Shown in pieces: positions 8,194 through 18,833 of a stretch of DNA of 64,000 bases. The DNA lies in IMG/VR virus record IMGVR_UViG_3300028874_000370, positions 1 to 64,000 of that record; one strand, written 5' to 3'. A program made the position numbers and the translations under genes. The DNA is from a virus. The notes under the pieces are model-generated. The model worked only from the letters and a program-made list of their open reading frames with translations, ran no database searches and was not told the DNA's origin. Numbering within the stretch: position 1 is the first letter of the stretch; each line of letters begins with the position of its first letter.

Positions 8194-8603
8194 TTAAAAC
8201 ATTAAGAACTGAATCTCGACCAGCTTTGAATGCCTCATCATATAATGCAGTGAAGGCTAGTCTAGCAGTATCACTGGAACTATACTGGCCGTTGTACTTA
8301 TAATACTCATTCATTTCTTGAGCTATTCTTGTAAAGCTGGCCAATTCATGGCGACCGGTCGGGTCTTCGATCTTGGTTGGCATCACAGATTCATGTCCAG
8401 AAGGGATCAAAAGGGATCAACCCAATTAGGCGCAGCTCGTTAATTCTATCAGAGTCCAAGCGAACAGCGACGAGGGTGTAGTTGCCAATCATCTCGCCGA
8501 TCGAGATAACACTATCACCTAGGTCATGTTTATTCACGGTTTCTTGGACATCATACCAATTTCCACAAATTCTTAAAATTACAAGCTTCATCTTATTCTC
8601 CAA
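8180..8603 (-). CDS. two small hypothetical proteins (8391-8603 and 8180-8410)
   Basis: adjacent overlapping 70 and 76 aa ORFs in operon orientation. Confidence 0.45.
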
Positions 8604-8612
8604 AATCTCGGT

Positions 8613-9662
8613 TTAGGCAGTCAGCGTATAAAGTGCTTGACGTTCCCAGTTTGGTTTATTGCTCTTGCAGAATTTAACAGTGTCTAGCAAAGACCGAAGA
8701 CTCAGGTTAGTTGCGACATCTATATGTTCTTCAAGAAAATTCACTGCCATTTCTTTGATCGAAAATTCGATGCCCGGAGCGAATGAATCTTGTTCAATGA
8801 TATGACGCATCCGTTCGATCTTCTCGGAAGCAGTCATAGTCAAATCAACTCGCATGCATCGGGTCTTCAGATTTGGATCGATGCGATGTTGTGACCAGTT
8901 CGAGATAAACATAACTCGGCCAGTGAATTTGAAAGTTTGTGGAAGATCACCTGAATTTCTACCCATCTCTGCATTCCAGGAAATCCAACGATCATCAGAT
9001 GAATCCAATGCACCTTTCAAAATATTCAATGCATTAGCATCTTTCAGAATCGAATCGCAATCATCAAAGACGCAGAGCTTGCCATTATTTTCATACAACG
9101 TCCGGAATAATCCTTTGGCCGATGAATAACCTTTGACGACATGGCATTGACCTGGATTCACCCAAACCGGAATTTCTTCCTCTTCTTGGGCTTCATCTGG
9201 ATCTGCATCCGGGTCTTTTTCTGCCTTTTCTGGAATTGGAGGCGGCGAGAAATCTCTTGTGTAGGTCAGGCCCGCCTTATTGATTTCATCGAAGACAGTA
9301 TGAGTCTTACCAAGGCCACCTTCGCCTGTGACAAGGGACGCTACCGCAGTCCCTTCAATGGTCATCTGAGTTAAATTACTCAGGAATTCAAATCGTTCAT
9401 TGATGGTGAAATACGGCTTAACAGGCATTTCAAACCCGTTAACTTGAAGCAATTCACCAACATTTCCAGAATTCAGTTCAGTTACATGAGTCACACCACA
9501 TGCCTTAGCTGTTTTATTCAAGCCACGGGAAATAGTGTCGATGATGTATTTCCGGTCTCTGGACTTAGCGAGAATTTTACCTTGATATGTTGCTGTCCAT
9601 TTCCCATCGGCTGGATCTAGTGTAAGGTCTGCAGCAATATTATTTTGAGATTGCAGTTCCAT
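8613..9662 (-). CDS. AAA+ ATPase (phage family with FDDCD Walker B)
   Basis: GEGGLGKT Walker A, CVFDDCDSIL, PQTFKFTGRVMFISN; start moved to MELQ (AAGGA SD). Confidence 0.8.
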   Translation of the reverse strand: MELQSQNNIAADLTLDPADGKWTATYQGKILAKSRDRKYIIDTISRGLNKTAKACGVTHVTELNSGNVGELLQVNGFEMPVKPYFTINERFEFLSNLTQMTIEGTAVASLVTGEGGLGKTHTVFDEINKAGLTYTRDFSPPPIPEKAEKDPDADPDEAQEEEEIPVWVNPGQCHVVKGYSSAKGLFRTLYENNGKLCVFDDCDSILKDANALNILKGALDSSDDRWISWNAEMGRNSGDLPQTFKFTGRVMFISNWSQHRIDPNLKTRCMRVDLTMTASEKIERMRHIIEQDSFAPGIEFSIKEMAVNFLEEHIDVATNLSLRSLLDTVKFCKSNKPNWERQALYTLTA

Positions 9663-9741
9663 TTCTCTATTCCTTGTAACGAGGTTTCGCATCACAAGAG
9701 TAATTCTATACTGCCGAAAGACTTTTGTAAACCATATTCTT

Positions 9742-10032
9742 TTAAATATCTGAGGTGCCTTTACCTTGTATGGCCAAAACAAGACGTCGAATATCTTTTA
9801 AAAATTCCCGAGTACCAGCATGAGACATTTGACATAAACCCGCTTGAGCTTTGATATCAATGGTATCCATGAGTTCGTTGACTGCTTCTTGATCGTATAG
9901 CGGAGCGTCATGGAGCTTTGTCTCTGTTGAAATTACAACAGCAGAGACATACAAAGAATCGGTTTCTGTTTTAATCCGATCGATGCAGGATTTATTAGTC
10001 CAAAACACAGGAACAAACTTAGCTTCTGACAT
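9742..10032 (-). CDS. hypothetical protein
   Basis: 96 aa, GGAG SD. Confidence 0.55.
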   Translation of the reverse strand: MSEAKFVPVFWTNKSCIDRIKTETDSLYVSAVVISTETKLHDAPLYDQEAVNELMDTIDIKAQAGLCQMSHAGTREFLKDIRRLVLAIQGKGTSDI

Positions 10033-10057
10033 GATTTCTCCGATGAAATTAAGAAAA

Positions 10058-10079
10058 GGATCTGGCTTTCACCAGATCC
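10058..10079 (-). terminator. intrinsic terminator after DUF932 gene
   Basis: GGATCTGG/CCAGATCC stem then TTTTC on the minus strand. Confidence 0.65.
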
Positions 10080-10087
10080 AATTTGAT

Positions 10088-11131
10088 TTAAACCATATCC
10101 ATTGCGAGCTCATAAGCTTTGTTCTTCATGGATTCGGTAATACCAAACCATGAGTTCCAGAGCTTGTTGTCATCTATTTCGCCAATGCGATGGTCTGCAT
10201 ATTCTGTGACTGCATTCAATGCTCCCCATAGGGTTCCGGTGGCCAAATCAGCTCCCATCCCAGTTCCTTTGTACATATTGAAGATGGTATCGAGTTTGGA
10301 TTGAACCCGTGAATGGACTTTGCCGCCTTCGGTATTCTCAAACTCGGCAAATTGTGCTTTGTTGAGCATGATCTCAGCGATATACTGCTTGACATCGAGA
10401 TCAGTGACCTTCTTGGCGGCCATGGATTTGATATTCGTCATAAAGGTATCCCAGCCAGAATCGATCAAACCAAGTGCTTCCTTGATTTTCTTGGGATCGA
10501 ATGTTGCGCCATGGGTCACACGAACTTGTTGCTGGTTGGAGGCTGATTCACCCATGGCGACCTTGAGAGTATTATTACATACCACCCGTTCAGCGACCAA
10601 TTTACTGGTTGTTGCCAGGGTTCCATCACAGCTCGAAACCAGAAGCAATCGGCATTTGATCCGGTCGTTCTTCAGGACGTCTTCTTCGCGATTGGTATTC
10701 GCCATTGCCCAGTAACGAGTTCCACCAAACAAAGCACCTGCGGTTTCGAGGTACATCTGGCCGCCACCTTCTTGGACCAGATCACGGAAGAATTCCAGAA
10801 CTTGTGCGGGCTGGACGATTCGATAATCATCCGACACAATCGAAAGTTCTTCATGTGTATCACCACGATACAGAACCCGGCGCCGATTGTAATTCTTCGT
10901 TTCGACTTCCGGGGTATTAATCCCGAGCGCTTTCAACGTGGTGCTGGAATTTTCTGACGGAATATCGAATTTGACTGGTGCTGACTTGATCGGATAATCC
11001 AGACCGGCTTCTTTGGACCAGGTTTCGATTGAGGCATCCTTGGTCAGACTTTGACCAAGACCATGCCAAGGAACATCACCAACAAATGCAATGGAAGCTT
11101 TATTACCAACGAATGCAAGTTCATGTGCCAT
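10088..11131 (-). CDS. DUF932 / phage-plasmid-like protein (TIGR03299 family)
   Basis: MAHEL..VPWHGLG, ETAGALFGG, SSCDGTLAT, RVVCNNTL, GTLWGALNAVTEYADH. Confidence 0.85.
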   Translation of the reverse strand: MAHELAFVGNKASIAFVGDVPWHGLGQSLTKDASIETWSKEAGLDYPIKSAPVKFDIPSENSSTTLKALGINTPEVETKNYNRRRVLYRGDTHEELSIVSDDYRIVQPAQVLEFFRDLVQEGGGQMYLETAGALFGGTRYWAMANTNREEDVLKNDRIKCRLLLVSSCDGTLATTSKLVAERVVCNNTLKVAMGESASNQQQVRVTHGATFDPKKIKEALGLIDSGWDTFMTNIKSMAAKKVTDLDVKQYIAEIMLNKAQFAEFENTEGGKVHSRVQSKLDTIFNMYKGTGMGADLATGTLWGALNAVTEYADHRIGEIDDNKLWNSWFGITESMKNKAYELAMDMV

Positions 11132-11209
11132 GTCATTTCTCCGAAAGTTAAAAATACCTGCCATAAGAACCATATTATCAAAAGACTCCAGAAAAGTAAC
11201 TGGAATTTT

Positions 11210-11524
11210 TCAAATATATAAAGAAGGATCATCCCATCCTGGTTGGAGTGGATTGATACAAAGAAGGAAATCTTGTTGATTCATCATTGCAATCGTGATC
11301 AATTCGTCAACAGACCAGAATTTCGAATCGTCTAGTTGATTCAGGATTTCTTGACCGAGTTGAGGCCAGGATTTTTCAGATTGCATTGTTGGGTATTCGG
11401 CTGGATCAAACTTACCAATCGGGTAAGTTTTACCGAAGAACGTGAATTGAGCAATCAAATCTTCTAACTTGATTTTAATACCCATTCCAGTATAGAGGTC
11501 ACCATTTGATTCTTGTGGCATGAT
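11210..11524 (-). CDS. hypothetical protein
   Basis: ORF with AGGAG SD just before ..IIMPQES; start approximate. Confidence 0.55.
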   Translation of the reverse strand: MMPQESNGDLYTGMGIKIKLEDLIAQFTFFGKTYPIGKFDPAEYPTMQSEKSWPQLGQEILNQLDDSKFWSVDELITIAMMNQQDFLLCINPLQPGWDDPSLYI

Positions 11525-11811
11525 AATCACTCCTATTTGTTCATAAGAATGATTATATACCAAAGACTTTAGAAATATAAAATTATTTAAGTGACTGCAG
11601 GCGCATCACTTCCTTTCTCACTAAGAAGCCATTTTTCAGTTAATGCTTTAATCTGTTCATATGACTGTTTATCATAATATCCAATGATTTTACCATGCGG
11701 CCACATAGAGGCTCGCCATTTTGTGGACCAATGCAACAACATCCACCACTGCCGACACATGGGACCGCTTTAGATAACCACTGGCGAATTGCTAGTTGTT
11801 CTGGATACATA

Positions 11812-12168
11812 TTATTTTCCTGTCATTCGTTTATATTCAAGACCTTCAATTTCTTCTCGTATAGAAAAATACTTATTAGTCCATTTGGGATCATCAGGCT
11901 TAAATCCAAAACCATTGACTTGGCAAGTATGCATTGTACATGAGGGTCTTAAGTGCGGGGCTGCTATACATCCATTAGGACCCATCAATGGTAACTTTGG
12001 GTGGTCTGTTCTTTCAAGAATTGTGTTCCATGATTCTTTTGCATACTCTATTGTAGCTTCACAATATTCACCAGAGCAACAAGAATGCGGAAGACGACAC
12101 TTACCGCATTCCGGATTAGTGAGGTCATATAATGACCTATACAATTTTACCAGGTGTTCTTCAGCCAT
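11812..12168 (-). CDS. Cys-rich protein, CxxCxxxxxCC (YkgJ/FliB-like metal cluster)
   Basis: CGKCRLPHSCC...GC...RPSC..HTC. Confidence 0.55.
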   Translation of the reverse strand: MAEEHLVKLYRSLYDLTNPECGKCRLPHSCCSGEYCEATIEYAKESWNTILERTDHPKLPLMGPNGCIAAPHLRPSCTMHTCQVNGFGFKPDDPKWTNKYFSIREEIEGLEYKRMTGK

Positions 12169-12180
12169 TATATTCGCCTA

Positions 12181-14160
12181 TTAAATATGGCCTATTGATT
12201 GGCGATTCAGTTCATTAATACGGTCACGAAACTTAGCGGCCTTTTCATACTCTAGATTTTTTGATGCATCCTTCATAAGCCGCTGAAGTTCTTTGACTGA
12301 TTTATTATACAAAGATTCATCAAACGGGATATCAACTAATTCCTGATCAAGCATAGCCCTGATTTGATTTGACGCATTAACCGGATTTATTTTGTGTTTC
12401 TTATTATGCGCCAATTGTTTTGTCCGGCGGCGATCGGTTTCTTCTATTGCAGCAACCATAGACTTAGTTGTTTTGTCTGCATAGAAAATAGCATGGCCAT
12501 TAATATTTCTGGCAGCTCGGCCAATGGTTTGAATCAAGCTCCTAGCATTGCGTAGGAACCCTTCCTTGTCCGCGTCCATGACTGCGACTAGAGATACTTC
12601 AGGTAAATCAAGACCTTCCCTGAGAAGGTTTATACCGATCAGAACGTCAAATTTACCTAGGCGGAGATCTCGTAAAATTTCAACACGTTCTACTGCTTCA
12701 ACATCGCCATGGAGATATCGTGCTTTCAATCCATTGTCATGATAAAACTGACAAAGTTGTTCAGCCATTTGCTTTGATAATACGGTCACTAGAACTCGTT
12801 CGCCAACCTTTGCTCGGTCAGTAATCTCAGACATTAAATCATCAACTTGATATTTAGCAGGCCTGATTTCTATTTCTGGATCAACAATTCCAGTTGGCCT
12901 AATTACTTGTTCAGCTATATCAGTCCCAGACTTTGTTAATTCATATTCGCTTGGCGTAGCAGAAACAAATATGGTTTGGCCTAGTTTTGATTCTATTTCT
13001 TGAAAATTTAATGGGCGTGCATCATATGCTGATGGAAGACGGAATCCGTTATCAACTAAAACTTGTTTACGTGATTTATCACCAGCAAACATAGCACCTA
13101 ATTGAGGAACAGTAGTATGGCTTTCATCTATAAACGTAATAGCATTATCCGGAAGATAATCAAGAAGAGTTGTAGGCGGTTCACCAATCGCTCTATCGGA
13201 GAGGTGCCTTGAATAATTTTCAATCCCTTTACAATATCCGAGATTTTCCATCATTTCTAGATCAAATACAGTCCGTTCAGTAATCCGTTGGGCTTGGATA
13301 TATTTGCCTTCACTCATAAATTTTTGAGCTTGTGCTTCCATTTCTAAACGAATTGCATCAAGAGCAGGACTCATTCGTTCAGCACCAACCACATAATGGG
13401 ATGCAGGAAAAATAGTGAATGAAGTTAATTTTTGTTTTGTGACTCCGGTAATGGAATCAATCATTTTGAGTTCTTCGATAGTATCACCAAAGAACTCAAT
13501 TCGGATCGCATAATCTCCGGATTCAGCTGGTTGAATAGTTAATGTATCACCATTCTTTTTGAATTCACCCGGGCTTAAAAGCTTATCAGATTTAATAACT
13601 GTATATTGAGCTTTAATAAGCCTAGAGACTAAATCACTTTGTGACTCTTGGCTATTAGCTTCTAGCATAATGGCGTGTGATTCAAGTTCATATGATTCAC
13701 CAAGGCCATAAATTGCTGATACGGTAGACACTATAATCGTATCTTGGCGAGTCAAAATGGATTTGGTCGCAGCAAGCCTAAGTGTTTGCAAATAAGCATT
13801 AACCATCGAATCTTTATCAATGTATTTGTCTTGTGCCGGAAGATATGTTTCTGGTTGATAATAATCAAAATATGAAACAAAATATTCTACAGCAGCATTC
13901 GGAAAGAATGCTTTCATTTCCGAATAGAGTTGTGCACATAAGGTTTTGTTTGGGGCGATTATGAGGGCGGGCCTATTTGTTTCAGCAATGACTTTAGCCA
14001 TTGTGTATGTTTTTCCGGTCCCGGTTGCGCCAAGTAATGTTTGAAATCCTAACCCATCGGTTAGCCCAGTCACCAATTGTTTGATAGCCGCCGGTTGATC
14101 GCCGGCCGGCGAATGAGGAGTATGAATCCGGAATGGCTCTTTGGTATAGTTGATAGACAA
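12181..14160 (-). CDS. uvrB: excinuclease ABC subunit B
   Basis: PAGDQP, LGATGTGKT, FVSYFDYYQPE beta-hairpin, CKGIENYSRH, GINLLREGLDLPEV, C-terminal UVR motif. Confidence 0.95.
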   Translation of the reverse strand: MSINYTKEPFRIHTPHSPAGDQPAAIKQLVTGLTDGLGFQTLLGATGTGKTYTMAKVIAETNRPALIIAPNKTLCAQLYSEMKAFFPNAAVEYFVSYFDYYQPETYLPAQDKYIDKDSMVNAYLQTLRLAATKSILTRQDTIIVSTVSAIYGLGESYELESHAIMLEANSQESQSDLVSRLIKAQYTVIKSDKLLSPGEFKKNGDTLTIQPAESGDYAIRIEFFGDTIEELKMIDSITGVTKQKLTSFTIFPASHYVVGAERMSPALDAIRLEMEAQAQKFMSEGKYIQAQRITERTVFDLEMMENLGYCKGIENYSRHLSDRAIGEPPTTLLDYLPDNAITFIDESHTTVPQLGAMFAGDKSRKQVLVDNGFRLPSAYDARPLNFQEIESKLGQTIFVSATPSEYELTKSGTDIAEQVIRPTGIVDPEIEIRPAKYQVDDLMSEITDRAKVGERVLVTVLSKQMAEQLCQFYHDNGLKARYLHGDVEAVERVEILRDLRLGKFDVLIGINLLREGLDLPEVSLVAVMDADKEGFLRNARSLIQTIGRAARNINGHAIFYADKTTKSMVAAIEETDRRRTKQLAHNKKHKINPVNASNQIRAMLDQELVDIPFDESLYNKSVKELQRLMKDASKNLEYEKAAKFRDRINELNRQSIGHI

Positions 14161-14235
14161 AATGAACCACCTATAGAATTAACATTAATAAAGTATATTA
14201 TATCACAGGTCTCCGGCAAAAGATACCACACAAGT

Positions 14236-14678
14236 TCAATCGTCAAAACCTAGATTTTGTTCTCTACTCCGGATTTCATTAAGTTGTTCTTGAAGGAATT
14301 CATTCTTTTCTTGTAAACGACAAATACAAGTTGCTACATCAGTCAAGAATTCATCCATGCTTTCATTACAATCAACAACAACTTTATTGGCATAGAGTAA
14401 AACTCTAAGTTCTGATTTATAAAAATCTAGGTCATTTTTCGGCATCGGTCTTTCCGTTAAGTATAATTTGCGAGCTGCACACCAAGCCATAATAGTAATA
14501 CTATGACCAGGAAAAAAGTTAGGATAAATCCAATTTTGAAGACCCAAATAAGGGCAAATGCCACTGTCATCGAGAGAATAGTGAGTAGAATGGCAATGCG
14601 GAATAATCTAATCATATTAATAAGTTTGTTAGTCATGATTTCTTTCACTATCAGAATTGTAAACGGTCTTTGAACCAA
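14236..14678 (-). CDS. two small hypothetical proteins (one membrane, one coiled-coil)
   Basis: ORFs 14457-14678 and 14236-14547; true starts probably internal. Confidence 0.4.
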
Positions 14679-16282
14679 CCAGGCAATTTAGATTTTGCAT
14701 TATTATAGAAATATAAAAATGATGAATCTAAAATATAGGTTGTTGAATAATCTTCTTCACTTCGTGTGGCTCGACCACTGGCTTGGAGTATTTCCATAAA
14801 CATTTGTGATGTATACCAATATGGAAATACTTCAGCCTTTCGTTTGATCCGAGCATCACCTAGAGAAGCAAACGGGAGTTTAACTATAATCTGGAACCTT
14901 GCCATATCATCGGCTAAGTCAATCCCGGTTGTCATGCTCGGTGAAAGTAATACTGTTGGTAAATCAGTGCCATAATGAGATTTTAAAAGATTAGCATTAT
15001 TAATTTTTGTTTTACCCATATCACGAGCAATCAATCTAGACTTAGTAGAAACATCAACTCCATCTAGGATCTCTTTTGCAATTCGATAATTTCCAGTATG
15101 AATCAAACCCTTTTCATCTTTATGAGTTTCAAGAATGGCTTCAATAGCTTCAACAATTCTAGGAATTGTACTATCCAATTCCTTATAATTCATCTTTCCA
15201 ACGGGAAGTAAAATGATAGGTGATTTAGTTGGTTCAAATGGAGTTCCAACTTCGATGTAAAACATTTCAGATTCATCAATTCCAAGCTCTTTACAGATTT
15301 CATTCTTAGGAGGTAATGTCGCAGAAATAAAAACAAACTTTTCTGCAAAATCTTCCATCATGAGTTTGAATAGATATTTTGCTGTTAATGGAGAAAGAAT
15401 AATTGAGTTGTCTTCGAAATTAACAGATTCAACCCATGGACTATCTTCAAATTCTCGAGTGTCAACATAAATACTGATTTTAGAAACAAATCCTTCTAAT
15501 ACGCTTTTCTTTGAAGTGATCTTACGGATTTTCTCTTGGACATTTTTAGGAATTGATTTAGGTCCCTTTTTCATGATTGCGCCTTCATTGAAGATTTCAA
15601 CAATCTTATCAGCCATTTCTTCAATCTTGGCTTCCATTTGCTTCATGATCAAATCAAGCAATTTAAGATTTTCTAATGGATCATTACTAAATCGCCATTC
15701 ATCACTTCCGATCCCAAAGGTAGCCCAAAGATCATTGAGATTGATTCTAACTTCGGCCATCGAAATCAAATGCTTTTCTAGATCATGTGCTTCATCCATA
15801 ATCATAGATTCGCGTTTTAACCATTCAGTATCTTCATCTGCATTAGAAGTACATGTTAGAAAATACGCATAGTTTGTGATCATCATTTGAGACTTCAATG
15901 CTTTAGTCTTTTGATTATAATAATCACAAGTATTAGCCCTAATGCAAGATCCTTTAAGTTCTTTATTAGCTAAACACGGAGCTTCATCAACTGTAAAAAG
16001 TGGATTAATATTGCATTGATAATTTGAACGCCCTTTTAAGTCAACAACTTTAGAACTTGATTTTATGTATTGTTCTTGGAGATTCTTAGTTCCAGTCAGA
16101 AGGTACGATTGTTTTAATGCATCCGCGATAGCTAATGCAACATAAGTTTTACCAACACCCGTTGGAGCCGCAATCGCGAAATACTTGTAGTTTTTCCAGA
16201 CAATATTTAGGGCTTGTAAAATTTCTGTTTGTTGCGGTCTTGGTTTTAATTTCTGTGTATCAAAGTATTCTTCGAAATTCAT
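14651..16282 (-). CDS. DinG/XPD (Rad3-like) SF2 helicase
   Basis: RPQQ Q motif, APTGVGKT, LKGRSNYQC with further Cys, DEAH, SAT, QASGRATRSEED. Confidence 0.9.
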   Translation of the reverse strand: MNFEEYFDTQKLKPRPQQTEILQALNIVWKNYKYFAIAAPTGVGKTYVALAIADALKQSYLLTGTKNLQEQYIKSSSKVVDLKGRSNYQCNINPLFTVDEAPCLANKELKGSCIRANTCDYYNQKTKALKSQMMITNYAYFLTCTSNADEDTEWLKRESMIMDEAHDLEKHLISMAEVRINLNDLWATFGIGSDEWRFSNDPLENLKLLDLIMKQMEAKIEEMADKIVEIFNEGAIMKKGPKSIPKNVQEKIRKITSKKSVLEGFVSKISIYVDTREFEDSPWVESVNFEDNSIILSPLTAKYLFKLMMEDFAEKFVFISATLPPKNEICKELGIDESEMFYIEVGTPFEPTKSPIILLPVGKMNYKELDSTIPRIVEAIEAILETHKDEKGLIHTGNYRIAKEILDGVDVSTKSRLIARDMGKTKINNANLLKSHYGTDLPTVLLSPSMTTGIDLADDMARFQIIVKLPFASLGDARIKRKAEVFPYWYTSQMFMEILQASGRATRSEEDYSTTYILDSSFLYFYNNAKSKLPGWFKDRLQF

Positions 16283-16297
16283 TTATTCTTCTTATTT

Positions 16298-16813
16298 TTA
16301 TTTTCGTACATATGTTATGAAATTATATCCATATTCATTATCAACATCGGCTTGATATTTTTCTTCTGCTATTTTCTTCCAAATCGACATATCAATAGTT
16401 GGAAAGAATGCATCGCCTTCTAATTCAACATCAAGTTCAGTGATATATAAACGAGCTGCGTATTCCATTGCTACTTCATAAATCTGTGCGCCGCCAATTA
16501 CAAATAAATCCGAATCCCGTACTTCGCATGTTTGTAGATGGTATTTAGCATCAGAGGCAACATAATCAGTATCACTAACAGCGACATTCTGCCAGAATCT
16601 TCCATGAAATAGTTCATCTCGAGATACTACAGAATTGTATCGTCCTGGCAATGGCTTTTGACCAATACTATCCCAAGTCTTTCGACCCATCAGGACTTCA
16701 GCACCATATGTCAAAGATTTAAATCGTTGCATATCATTCCGTTGTTTCCAAGGAAGAGTATTGTTTACACCAATGACATTATTTTTTGTTTTTGCTGCGA
16801 TGATTGAGATCAT
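16298..16813 (-). CDS. folA: dihydrofolate reductase
   Basis: MISIIAA..VIGVNNTLPW..D..F..LMGRKTWDSIG.KPLPGR..IGGAQIY..GDAFFP. Confidence 0.95.
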   Translation of the reverse strand: MISIIAAKTKNNVIGVNNTLPWKQRNDMQRFKSLTYGAEVLMGRKTWDSIGQKPLPGRYNSVVSRDELFHGRFWQNVAVSDTDYVASDAKYHLQTCEVRDSDLFVIGGAQIYEVAMEYAARLYITELDVELEGDAFFPTIDMSIWKKIAEEKYQADVDNEYGYNFITYVRK

Positions 16814-16814
16814 G

Positions 16815-17243
16815 TTATTTTTCTGTTTGGGCTTTGATATCGGATAATGCAACAAGTAATGCATGGTACAACAAAACGCAATACACTCTGGTATGGGTTT
16901 CAAATTCTAAGACCGGGGTTTCGTAAATATTTCCGTTAATCATGAATGATGCTTGCCAACCGAGAATATTATCTAATGTATATCCTGGACTGAGCAATGA
17001 AAATTCAAAATTAGAACCTTCTTCTAGCTCAGCAACAGCATTTCGATCCGAGAGCCAATCAATTTCGGGCTCTCTGAATTTTTCAGCAATAAACGAATTT
17101 AAAGTATTTGCTTCAGCATGAAACATCCACTGAGAGAATAGTCCTTCACTGGCTTGGGCAAAGGCTTCTTCCTCTGTAGGAGTTCCTAATTTTAGTTTTG
17201 GTTTCTTACTACGAAATATATTTAAATTTATCAGGCGGCCCAT
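16815..17243 (-). CDS. hypothetical protein
   Basis: ORF; start placed at MGRLINL, directly after a short upstream ORF. Confidence 0.55.
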   Translation of the reverse strand: MGRLINLNIFRSKKPKLKLGTPTEEEAFAQASEGLFSQWMFHAEANTLNSFIAEKFREPEIDWLSDRNAVAELEEGSNFEFSLLSPGYTLDNILGWQASFMINGNIYETPVLEFETHTRVYCVLLYHALLVALSDIKAQTEK

Positions 17244-17396
17244 TTCAAATAACTTCCCATATTTGCCAATAGCCACCATACCGCTTTGATAACGCTATTG
17301 CTAAATTGTGTACTCTTGTTTCGCACTTCAAAAGAAATCTTTCTGATGTCATTAAAGCATCATCACCTTCACATGCTATAGGCTCGAATTCATGCC

Positions 17397-18203
17397 TCAC
17401 AAAGATGCATTCAAACATAGATCGATCCTTAAAATAGGGTCAAAGTCTTTATTCAATTCTGAAGGATAATACCCTCGCGGATTACAAATTACTTTGCACT
17501 GGCCAATATCATAGTTAGAAGAATTATGCATATGGCCATGAAACCAATATTTGATTTCATGATAGTCTAATATTATTTCGCTTAAATCTGAATGGTATGC
17601 ACCATTATCATGATAATCATTATCATATATTTTGGATGTGCTCAAAGAATGCGGCGCATGGTGTGTCATCACAATGACTTGATAATCAGGATCCTTCTTT
17701 AATTCTTCTATTAAGAATGTTTTGAATTTAAGATGCTCACCAATAATCACGTTTGGATGAAGCTTGCGGCTGTGTTGATTGTGCCGAATGTATTTGTAAT
17801 CACTCATTTTAGTTTGAGCTGTCCACATTGTGACGGGATGCCCTTTATTAAAATCAGTCCAACATGTTCCACCAACAATCTTGATTTGATGTCCTGGAAT
17901 TTTAAATACATCATTATCAAGAACATGAACATTCGTCATGCCCAATTCGGATAATGCGAGTTTTATTTTATTAGCCGTGACATCGATGCTGGATCTATAG
18001 TGTTCATGATTACCAAGGATATAAACAATATCATGAAATCTTTCACTAAGATTTTTTATCCAATCTTTTTTAATTATTCCTGTTTTAACATGGATATCAC
18101 CAGCTAATAAAAGGATTGTTTCTTTATCTGTGTCTAGAGTAGGTACCTCGTAAGCGCCAAACTCCAAGTGAATATCACTGCACTCTCGCAAGTACCTAAT
18201 CAT
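17397..18203 (-). CDS. calcineurin-like metallophosphoesterase
   Basis: SDIHLE, AGDI, GNHE, THHAP, HGHMH, NPRGY. Confidence 0.9.
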   Translation of the reverse strand: MIRYLRECSDIHLEFGAYEVPTLDTDKETILLLAGDIHVKTGIIKKDWIKNLSERFHDIVYILGNHEHYRSSIDVTANKIKLALSELGMTNVHVLDNDVFKIPGHQIKIVGGTCWTDFNKGHPVTMWTAQTKMSDYKYIRHNQHSRKLHPNVIIGEHLKFKTFLIEELKKDPDYQVIVMTHHAPHSLSTSKIYDNDYHDNGAYHSDLSEIILDYHEIKYWFHGHMHNSSNYDIGQCKVICNPRGYYPSELNKDFDPILRIDLCLNASL

Positions 18204-18213
18204 TTTTTATGTC

Positions 18214-18828
18214 TTATAGAAGAAGGTTATTGTTGTGCCATTCCAGAATACACGCATTAAGCAATCCAACATTTTCTCTGAAATATTTTTTATCATTATA
18301 GATATCAAGAATGAAAGATAACAGATTGTTATTTTCTTCTTGTAAATGTTGAAGCTCAATACGTTTGCTCATGATACTCCTCCTACAGTTGTATAGGTAT
18401 TTACCATGAACACGCAATTCTTTAATTCTAATATTGGGATTTTGAAGCAGAAAGATAAATAGGTACTCTATCGCAGAATACCTATTTTTAGAGAGGTTGA
18501 TATGGTTGTTCAATCTCTATTCACTACGCTCCCTGATGTGATCCTACACAATCAGGGAGCCATCTGATTACTCCCAGACTACGTCCTGTTTTGACACGAT
18601 CGAGTCGATAACGACAATGATAAACTTCTTTGTTGGGTCGAGGTTTGCAAGGCGCAAAGCTTCGGTTTTTGCTGCGCCAATAGTACTATGCGTGATCGGA
18701 TTTGCCGAAAAGCTGATGGCGCTGGTTGTTTTGTGAATACTTCCAACCATGTACCTACCTTTATGGGCGGCAATGGTCGATGCGTCATTAATAACGGACA
18801 TATTATTTTCCTTAACAAGTTGAACCAC
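18214..18828 (-). CDS. two hypothetical proteins (18214-18513, 18568-18828)
   Basis: co-oriented ORFs separated by a GCTCCCTGAT/ATCAGGGAGC hairpin (18528-18560). Confidence 0.5.
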
Positions 18829-18833
18829 AAAAA

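Noticed and set aside
11587-11810. Programmed frameshift in a small Cys-rich ORF (CCCIGPQNGEPLC)
   Set aside because: Two overlapping frames are present but there is no slippery site or stimulatory structure; a small deletion is the simpler explanation
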